From assembly GCA_902626385.1 (NCBI GenBank), contig CACOEZ010000001.1:145864-209863 (forward strand): DNA of 64,000 bases, written 5' to 3'. The translations under genes were made by a program, and so were the position numbers. Positions within the stretch are counted from its first letter, which is position 1. Each line of letters begins with the position of its first letter. Under the pieces are notes generated by a model that worked only from the letters and a program-made list of their open reading frames with translations, did no database searches and had not been told where the DNA came from. The stretch comes from an uncultured SAR86 cluster bacterium (lineage in GTDB: Bacteria; Pseudomonadota; Gammaproteobacteria; Magnimaribacterales; D2472). Shown in pieces: positions 57,222 through 64,000 of the stretch.

Positions 57222-58489
57222 TTTATTCCTTTATATCCAATGTCTTTTCTGAAGTATGCACCGTCGAAGTTGACTTTGCCAACAAGATTATATGCTTTTT
57301 CTTGAGCTTCTTTCAAATCATTACCAAGTGCGGTTGCACAAAATACTCTTCCGCCATTAGTGAAGATTTTGTCATCTTGCATTTTTGTTCCGGCATGGAA
57401 AAGTTTTATTTCTGTATCTTCATATTCTTCAATATTAACTTCTTTGTTTGACTCATATGATTCTGGATAACCATTTGATGCTATTACAACTCCGCATGAG
57501 TGTTTTTCATTCCATTTGATTTGATATGCATCAAGATCATCATTAATTGCTGATAAACATAATTTAACAAGACTTGATTCAAGCCTGAATAATATTGGTT
57601 GTGTTTCAGGATCTCCAAACCTGCAATTAAACTCAAGTACTTTTATGTCATTATCTTTAATCATCAATCCTGCATAAAGGAATCCAAGATATGGAAATTT
57701 CTCAGCAATTAGACCATTAACGGTTGGTACCATCACCTCATCCATGATCTTTTTCTCTAGCTCCTCTGTAACTATTGGTGCGGGTGAGTATGCACCCATG
57801 CCTCCAGTATTTAGTCCAATATCACCATCGCTGATAGCCTTATGATCTTGACTGGTAGCAAGCGGAATGATTTTATCTTTGCTGACAACTGCAATAAATG
57901 AGGCTTCTTCTCCCTCAAGAAAGTCTTCAATTACAACTCGACTGCCAGCATTTCCAAAGGCATTATCTTTGAAAATACTCACTAAAGCGTCTTCAGCCTC
58001 AATTTCATTTTGACAAATAATTACTCCTTTTCCAGCAGCAAGCCCATCAGCTTTAACGACGGTTGGGTAGTTAATTTTTCTTAGGTAATTATGAGCATCT
58101 TTAAAATTATCGAATGACGCATATGATGCAGTTGGTATTCCATACTTAGTAAAAAAATCTTTTGAAAAAGTTTTAGAACCCTCTAGTTGGGCAGCTCCTT
58201 TTGATGGACCAAAAGAATTAATATCATGATTACTCAAATAGTCGGATAGTCCTTGAACTAAAGGTTGCTCAGGACCAATTATTACTAATTTAATATCTTG
58301 TTCTTTACAAAAATTTTTGATTGACTCAAAGTTGTCTAGATCTAGGTTGATATTGGAAGTCTTGCTTTCAAGAGCAGTTCCAGCGTTTCCAGGAGAAACA
58401 AATACCTCACTTACATTTTCGTCTTGCGAAGATTTCCAAGCTAATGCATGTTCTCTTCCACCAGATCCAATTATGAGAACTTTCATCAA
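57218..58489 (-). CDS. purD: phosphoribosylamine-glycine ligase
   Basis: MKVLIIGSGGREHALAWK and an ATP-grasp core. Overlaps purH by 4 nt. Confidence 0.95.
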   Translation of the reverse strand: MMKVLIIGSGGREHALAWKSSQDENVSEVFVSPGNAGTALESKTSNINLDLDNFESIKNFCKEQDIKLVIIGPEQPLVQGLSDYLSNHDINSFGPSKGAAQLEGSKTFSKDFFTKYGIPTASYASFDNFKDAHNYLRKINYPTVVKADGLAAGKGVIICQNEIEAEDALVSIFKDNAFGNAGSRVVIEDFLEGEEASFIAVVSKDKIIPLATSQDHKAISDGDIGLNTGGMGAYSPAPIVTEELEKKIMDEVMVPTVNGLIAEKFPYLGFLYAGLMIKDNDIKVLEFNCRFGDPETQPILFRLESSLVKLCLSAINDDLDAYQIKWNEKHSCGVVIASNGYPESYESNKEVNIEEYEDTEIKLFHAGTKMQDDKIFTNGGRVFCATALGNDLKEAQEKAYNLVGKVNFDGAYFRKDIGYKGIK

Positions 58490-60027
58490 TGTCTAAAATG
58501 TCTTATGCCTGTGAAGACCATTGCTATATTATGTTCGTTTGCAGCTGCAATAACTTCATCATCTTTAATAGAGCCACCAGGTTGAATTATTGATGAAATT
58601 CCACTGGATGCTGCTTTGTCAATTCCATCTCTAAAAGGGAAAAAAGCATCCGAGGCCATACTTGCATTCTTAACATCTAAGCCTTCTTCTTTTGCTTTTA
58701 AGTTTGCTATTTCGGCACTAATTACTCTACTCATTTGTCCAGCACCTATTCCAATAGTTTGCCCATTTTTTACATATACTATGGCATTACTTTTAACAAA
58801 TTTTGCAACTTTCCAAGCAAACAAAAGATCATGAACCTCTTCAACAGTTGGCTCTCTTTTAGTAACACATTTTAATTCCTCTTCGGATATTTTTTTTTCA
58901 TCATCATCCTGAATTAAAATTCCACCTGAAACTTTTTTTATAGCTCCAGGATATGGATTGTCATTATGAGAGTCTACTTTTAAAACTCTTACATTCTTTT
59001 TTGATGAAAGTTCCTTAAGCGCATCCTCTTCGTAACTTGGAGCAATTATCAATTCAACAAACTGTCTTTGATTTATTTCGGCCGCTGTTCGATGATCAAG
59101 ACTCTTATTGAATGCAATAACTCCACCAAATGCCGATGTAGGATCAGTTTTAAAAGCCAGATCATATGAATCATAAATATTTTCACTTTCTGCAACACCG
59201 CATGGATTGGCATGTTTAACAATAACGCACGCCGGTCCATCAAATTCTTTTACACATTCCCATGCAGCATCTGCATCAACAATATTATTATAAGAAAGCT
59301 CTTTGCCTTGAATTATTTCCGAATTTGCTATGTTTTTTCTTTTAAGGTTAGAAAATGTATGAAGAGTTGCGGATTGATGGGGGTTTTCTCCGTACCTTAA
59401 TTTTGAGCTTTTTGAAAAACTATATGACGGTATGACATTAGATATCTCATTAGAAAGATAATTTGAGATTGCTTGATTGTAATCAGCCATTGTTTCAAAT
59501 ACTTTCTGCGCCAATATTTTTCTTGTTTCGTAGCTCACCCCATCATCATTTCTCCATTCATTAATGAATTTCTCATAATCATCTGTGTCAGAGAGAACCA
59601 CTACATCTTTAAAATTTTTTGCAGCAGCTCGTATCATCGTAGGTCCGCCAATATCAATCTTTTCAACTGCCTCCTCGAAAGTACAATCTGAGGCAACTGT
59701 TTCTTTAAATGGATATAAATTTACCACTACAAGATCAATTGCTTCATAGTTGTTGTCTTCAAGAACCTTCATATCAGAATCTCTTCTAGCCAAAATACCA
59801 GCATGAATTTTAGGATGAAGTGTTTTTACTCTTCCATCCATCATCTCTTCAAAACCTGTAAAATCGGATACTTCAACAACACTGTCTGTTATATCTTTTA
59901 TAGCTTGAAATGTTCCACCAGTAGAAATAATTTTTACATCTTTTGAAATTAGAAAATTTATTAATTCTTCAAGATTGGTTTTGTCTGATAAGCTTACGAG
60001 AGCAGTTTTTGGTCTTACTAAGCTCAT
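58486..60027 (-). CDS. purH: bifunctional AICAR transformylase / IMP cyclohydrolase
   Basis: ALVSLSDKTNLEEL, GGTFQAI, KTLHPKIHAGIL and the C-terminal TGIRHFRH. Confidence 0.95.
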   Translation of the reverse strand: MSLVRPKTALVSLSDKTNLEELINFLISKDVKIISTGGTFQAIKDITDSVVEVSDFTGFEEMMDGRVKTLHPKIHAGILARRDSDMKVLEDNNYEAIDLVVVNLYPFKETVASDCTFEEAVEKIDIGGPTMIRAAAKNFKDVVVLSDTDDYEKFINEWRNDDGVSYETRKILAQKVFETMADYNQAISNYLSNEISNVIPSYSFSKSSKLRYGENPHQSATLHTFSNLKRKNIANSEIIQGKELSYNNIVDADAAWECVKEFDGPACVIVKHANPCGVAESENIYDSYDLAFKTDPTSAFGGVIAFNKSLDHRTAAEINQRQFVELIIAPSYEEDALKELSSKKNVRVLKVDSHNDNPYPGAIKKVSGGILIQDDDEKKISEEELKCVTKREPTVEEVHDLLFAWKVAKFVKSNAIVYVKNGQTIGIGAGQMSRVISAEIANLKAKEEGLDVKNASMASDAFFPFRDGIDKAASSGISSIIQPGGSIKDDEVIAAANEHNIAMVFTGIRHFRH

Positions 60028-60293
60028 TTTGTAATATTATATTTCTTTAATTTGGTTCTTAAGGTAGTTCTATTTAGTCCAAGAATTCTTGCTGCTTTAG
60101 ATTGATTATTATTTGAGAATCTCATTACAGCATGCAGAAGTGGAGGTTCAACCTCATTTAAAACAAGTTGATAAACGTTTATAGGAGTATTCTTCTGATC
60201 AAGTTGGTTAAAGTATCTTTTCATAGCCTTTCTTACCTCATCTTTAAGAGGTTTTTTAGAATAACTATCGAAAGATTTTTTTCTACTTTTCAA
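60024..60293 (-). CDS. fis: DNA-binding protein Fis
   Basis: C-terminal HTH NQSKAARILGLNRTTLRTKLKKY. fis-purH-purD order as in Pseudomonas. Confidence 0.9.
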   Translation of the reverse strand: MKSRKKSFDSYSKKPLKDEVRKAMKRYFNQLDQKNTPINVYQLVLNEVEPPLLHAVMRFSNNNQSKAARILGLNRTTLRTKLKKYNITK

Positions 60294-60359
60294 ATTATGT
60301 AAGGTTTATTGCTAAGAACTATTTAGTTTACAGTTGTTTAAAAATTGCTCAATAGTTTT

Positions 60360-60923
60360 TTAGAGATTTACGTGCGTTTTTTTATTATCGCCAATTTGAA
60401 AAGATTTTATTCTTCCATTAAGTAAAAAAATTTTTGTCACAGAGGTATTGTCTGGATAAAAGTAAAAAATTGTATCGGATTTTAAAATATTGCTAATTAC
60501 AGAGTTTATTACCATAAAATGTGAAAAAATTACTGTGTTGCCCCGTGATTCTAAAACGCTCTCATAGATTTTTTGTTGCCAATCTAAAATATTTTTTGGC
60601 AAATCTGATTTTTTCGTTTTCACTATGCTTTCTAGCCATTCTCGTTTTTTATTATTATCTATATTGCTAGAGGGTATCTCATTGAACGTTTCATCAATAA
60701 TAATTTTTTTATTAAATTTTTTTGCGAGAGGTTTTGATGTTTCAATTGCTCTTTTTCTAGGACTAGAAATAAATTTATAATTTTTTAGATCTTGTAAGTC
60801 TTCTCGATGGAGAATAGCCATAGATTGTTCAAGGCCTTTTTTACTTAGACCAGGATCCTCATGAGAAACCCATGAACTGGCTGCTTCGCCATGTCGGATA
60901 AATATTAAACTAATCTCTGACAT
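60360..60923 (-). CDS. histidine phosphatase-family protein
   Basis: The RHG motif (LIFIRHGEA) and a second His segment (VIFSHFMVIN). Confidence 0.7.
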   Translation of the reverse strand: MSEISLIFIRHGEAASSWVSHEDPGLSKKGLEQSMAILHREDLQDLKNYKFISSPRKRAIETSKPLAKKFNKKIIIDETFNEIPSSNIDNNKKREWLESIVKTKKSDLPKNILDWQQKIYESVLESRGNTVIFSHFMVINSVISNILKSDTIFYFYPDNTSVTKIFLLNGRIKSFQIGDNKKTHVNL

Positions 60924-60953
60924 TTACTTTCAAGCTATAGCTATAATAATCAA

Positions 60954-61694
60954 GTGAGAATTCATAGAGTATATTGTAAATCTTTATCTGCGCATAATGA
61001 GATATTCCAACTGGACGAACCTCAATCACATCACTTAATTAAAGCGTTGAGAATTAAGGAGAATGACATGGTTGAGGTTTTTGATGGCCAGGGTAATGTT
61101 GCAAATTGTTTAGTATTTAAACTTAGCAATAAAATATGTTCCTTACAAAGGACTGAAAGTTTAAAAAAAGATAGCAAACCAAAGAATCTTATTACAGGGA
61201 TAATACCAATCATTAAAAAAAATAACTTTAACTTCATGTTGCAAAAGATGACAGAAATAGGAGTTAATAGATTTTTGGTGTACCAACCTGACAACATTGA
61301 CCAAAGTGTTGCAAAAAAAGATAAATCAATATTCATAGAAAAATCAAAAGAAATTGTAATAAGTGTATGTAAGCAATGCGGAAATAATTTTCTTCCAAAA
61401 ATTAAAAGCTATATTCATTTACAAAGTGCAGTTGATGAACTTCAAAAAGACGATCAGATATTTGCTTTTGATACAGAGGCTTCAGAGTATTTTGCTCAAG
61501 ACGAACTTGATATGAACAAAAATATAACAATAATTACCGGGCCTGAGTCTGGTTTTTCTGATAAAGAACTAAATATTTTGAGACAACATAACGTGATGAT
61601 AAGATTTTTAGGTAAAAATATTTTGAGGTCAGAAACTGCACCTATTGTAGTTGCTGCGATAATTAAAAATCATTTTGGTAAGATTGAAAAATGA
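60954..61694 (+). CDS. rsmE: 16S rRNA (uracil1498-N3)-methyltransferase
   Basis: GTG start. The MRIHRVY N-terminus, PUA-like N-domain and C-terminal SPOUT knot (GPESGFSDKEL, LGKNILRSETAP). Confidence 0.85.
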   Translation: MRIHRVYCKSLSAHNEIFQLDEPQSHHLIKALRIKENDMVEVFDGQGNVANCLVFKLSNKICSLQRTESLKKDSKPKNLITGIIPIIKKNNFNFMLQKMTEIGVNRFLVYQPDNIDQSVAKKDKSIFIEKSKEIVISVCKQCGNNFLPKIKSYIHLQSAVDELQKDDQIFAFDTEASEYFAQDELDMNKNITIITGPESGFSDKELNILRQHNVMIRFLGKNILRSETAPIVVAAIIKNHFGKIEK

Positions 61695-62617
61695 AAAAAA
61701 AGATCCTATTTGTAACTGATGTTCTGGACGAACTTGATCTTAAAAAAGATACATCAGTATTAATGATGGAAGAATCATTAATTCACGGATTTGATATATA
61801 TCAATGTGAGATGAATAAACTTTATGTAGAAAATAAACAAGTTAAAGCATTTGCAAAAAGAATCACATCAGCTTCAATAAAAAAAATTGAATTTGAGGAA
61901 AGCATCGAATCATCGTTGAAAGAATATTCATACTGTTTCATGAGAAAAGATCCTCCTGTTGATGAAAACTATATAAATACTCTCCACTTACTAAGTTTGG
62001 CAAAAGAACAAGGAGTATCAGTTTTCAATGATCCCTTATCTATTAAAGAATTTAATGAAAAAGTATTTGCTTTACACTTTTCAAAATATATCCCCAAAAC
62101 ATTAATTAGTAGTGAAATTAAAAAAATTGAAAAATTTTTTAATGAGAATGGCCAGATAATTGTAAAGCCATTAGATGGCATGGGTGGCAAATCAATATAC
62201 AAACTAGACAAAATGGATGAATCTGAAAAAACTATTCTTAAAGAAATAACTAACAATGAAACTACACAAATTATCTCTCAAGAGTTCATTAAAGAAATTT
62301 ACGATGGCGACTTTAGGGTCTTAATTATTCATGGAAAACCATTTATAAAAACTTTAGCAAGAATTCCTCAAGGTAATAGTTTTAAAGGAAATTTAGCTGC
62401 TGGAGGAAAAGGGGTAGTAAAAGATATAACAGAATTTCAACATAATTTAGCGTCAGAGATCGGAAACTTCCTTATGCAAAAAGGAATAAATTTTGCTGGT
62501 ATTGATGTAATTGGCGAATATCTAACAGAAATTAATATAACAAGTCCAACATGCGCTAGACAAATTTTGGATCAATCAGGCATGAATGCTGCTAAAGAAT
62601 ACATTAAAAACTTATGA
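61691..62617 (+). CDS. gshB: glutathione synthetase
   Basis: Prokaryotic GSH synthetase N-domain (KKDTSVLMMEE) and ATP-grasp region (IVKPLDGMGGKSI, GDFRVLIIHG, EINITSPT). Confidence 0.9.
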   Translation: MKKKILFVTDVLDELDLKKDTSVLMMEESLIHGFDIYQCEMNKLYVENKQVKAFAKRITSASIKKIEFEESIESSLKEYSYCFMRKDPPVDENYINTLHLLSLAKEQGVSVFNDPLSIKEFNEKVFALHFSKYIPKTLISSEIKKIEKFFNENGQIIVKPLDGMGGKSIYKLDKMDESEKTILKEITNNETTQIISQEFIKEIYDGDFRVLIIHGKPFIKTLARIPQGNSFKGNLAAGGKGVVKDITEFQHNLASEIGNFLMQKGINFAGIDVIGEYLTEINITSPTCARQILDQSGMNAAKEYIKNL

Positions 62618-63240
62618 CCTCTATCAGCACTTCTCAAAAAACGAGTAAAAGATCTTTAACATTTAATAAATCATTTCTTTTATCAATTTTTATTCATCTA
62701 ATCATAATATTTGGCATTACTTTAACTACTTTTTATAAATTACCTATTTTGAAGGATTCACCGGTTATAAACGTAAAATTCGCTAATTCAAATGAAGATT
62801 ACCTAGGGTCAATGTCAAATAGTATGGATAGCATAATTGATGATAGCCAAAGTGAACAAGAGATGTTTGAAACAGAAATACAAAAGGGAAACTTTCAAAA
62901 CTTTAAAGTAAAAAAACTAGAAGCAAATTCATATGTAAATAGTGATGAGGCTATATATCTCAATATTTGGCAAAGAAAGATAGAGTCAATAGGAGATAGA
63001 ATTATTCAAGCCAATAGAGAATCTTTTGAAGGAACTGTTCAAATTATGGCTACTATTGATGAAACTGGAAACTTAATTAAATCAGATATATTGATATCAT
63101 CAGGAAATAAAATTATCGATAATATGGCAATAAAAATTTTAAATGAATCTGCTCCATTTGAGCCATTTAATGATGATATGAAAAGCGAATATACATTTAT
63201 AGAGATTGTAAGAGATTGGAATTTCTCAACTAGCTCCTAG
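62614..63240 (+). CDS. TonB-family C-terminal-domain protein (single N-terminal TM)
   Basis: TM anchor FLLSIFIHLIIIFGITL. The C-terminal GTVQIMATIDETGNLIKSDILISSGNKIIDNMAIKILNESAPFEPF fits the TonB_C pattern. gshB-tonB-like-ruvX order as in Pseudomonas. Confidence 0.6.
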   Translation: MTSISTSQKTSKRSLTFNKSFLLSIFIHLIIIFGITLTTFYKLPILKDSPVINVKFANSNEDYLGSMSNSMDSIIDDSQSEQEMFETEIQKGNFQNFKVKKLEANSYVNSDEAIYLNIWQRKIESIGDRIIQANRESFEGTVQIMATIDETGNLIKSDILISSGNKIIDNMAIKILNESAPFEPFNDDMKSEYTFIEIVRDWNFSTSS

Positions 63241-63243
63241 TAT

Positions 63244-63636
63244 ATGCAAATAGTAGCATTTGATTTTGGAACAAAAAAAATTGGAGTCGCTGTTGGTCAA
63301 ACTGAGACGTTTACATCTTCTCCTCTTCAGATAATATACAACGATCACGAAAAAACTAATTGGAACGAGATTAGTATTTTAATTAAAGAATGGAATCCTG
63401 ATCTGATCCTTGTTGGGAAGCCTCTTAATATGGATGGTACAGAAAGTGATATTATGAAAAAGGTTGATAAATTTCTAAACAAACTTGAAAAAATTTCAAA
63501 AGTGCAATGTGAATACGTAGACGAGAGATTAACAACTTTTGAGGCTAAAGAAATGCTTGGAGAAAATAAAATGGATGATGTCGATGCGCATGCAGCAAAA
63601 ATTCTAATTGATAATTGGTTTGACAGGAGTAACTAA
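63244..63636 (+). CDS. ruvX: putative pre-16S rRNA nuclease / Holliday-junction-resolvase-like YqgF
   Basis: IVAFDFGTKKIGVAVG and YVDERLTTFEAK. Confidence 0.9.
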   Translation: MQIVAFDFGTKKIGVAVGQTETFTSSPLQIIYNDHEKTNWNEISILIKEWNPDLILVGKPLNMDGTESDIMKKVDKFLNKLEKISKVQCEYVDERLTTFEAKEMLGENKMDDVDAHAAKILIDNWFDRSN

Positions 63637-63638
63637 AC

Positions 63639-64000
63639 TTGTCGCTTTCTTCAACATTTATCGATCGTTTGCTTGCTAGTGTAAATATAGTAGAAGTAAT
63701 TGGAAGACGCATTAATCTTGAAAGAAGAGGTGGGGCTTATTGGGCTAAATGTCCATTTCATGGCTCAGGAGAGGAAAGAACAGCATCTTTTAAAGTTTAT
63801 GATGAGACTGGAACATATCATTGTTTTGGTTGTAAAGAATCCGGTAATGCAATTCATTTTTTAAGAAAGCATGATGGTCTAGATTTCATGGAGGCTGTTG
63901 AATTACTCGCATCTCAAGTAGGCATGGAAGTTCCTAAATTCGAAGCCAAGACCGATAAATCAAATGCTACTGATGTAAATAATAGTGCTTTGGATATATT
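63639..64000 (+). CDS. dnaG: DNA primase, N-terminal part (runs off the window)
   Basis: My translation from TTG 63639 (AGGAG 8 nt upstream) is LSLSSTFIDRLLASVNIVEVIGRRINLERRGGAYWAKCPFHGSGEERTASFKVYDETGTYHCFGCKESGNAIHFL. This is the CHC2 zinc-finger region of DnaG. It is not in the ORF track because it is open-ended. Confidence 0.9.
   Translation, partial: MSLSSTFIDRLLASVNIVEVIGRRINLERRGGAYWAKCPFHGSGEERTASFKVYDETGTYHCFGCKESGNAIHFLRKHDGLDFMEAVELLASQVGMEVPKFEAKTDKSNATDVNNSALDI

Overview
This is an AT-rich (about 30-33% GC by eye), very gene-dense gammaproteobacterial chromosome segment. Many genes overlap by 1-20 nt and intergenic spacers are tiny. Gene order resembles Pseudomonadales and marine oligotroph gammaproteobacteria: rpsU/tsaD-folB-folK ... 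cca-apaH-rsmA-pdxA-surA-lptD ... amgK-murU-rpe, yicC-gmk-rpoZ-spoT-ridA, fis-purH-purD, and gshB-tonB-like-ruvX. The taxon is an inference only.

Most of the window is ordinary housekeeping: trpEGDC, pur/pyr genes, ubiCA, coq7, mutY-yggX, ntrBC, and a membrane pyrophosphatase.

The one clear accessory region is a ~6.1 kb island (1185-7366) inserted at tRNA-Phe(GAA). It is bounded by a perfect 51-bp duplication of the tRNA 3' half, contains nested 71-bp imperfect repeats, and has clustered CTGTTCAC sites on both arms. I found no integrase. Its cargo is a compact methyltransferase/nuclease-helicase module:
- a beta-class DPPY (N6A/N4C) methyltransferase
- an overlapping C5-cytosine methyltransferase
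- a convergent 861-aa fusion protein (Vsr/DUF559-like nuclease, then an SF2 DEAH helicase, then ~330 aa of unrecognisable C-terminal domain)
- a small membrane protein
- two hypothetical proteins

This is the best candidate for an undescribed defence or restriction system.

Other observations worth a second look:
- a eukaryote-type glutamine synthetase II in the glnA slot of glnA-ntrBC, behind a near-perfect sigma54 promoter
- a 58-residue segment of LptD containing 21 methionines
- an untracked rubredoxin ORF whose stop overlaps the start of a DAACS transporter
- a minimal SF2 helicase appended to the trp operon, next to a thioredoxin-like gene and a photolyase-family gene

All coordinates and motif calls were made by hand from the sequence and the ORF track. 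No database searches were run.
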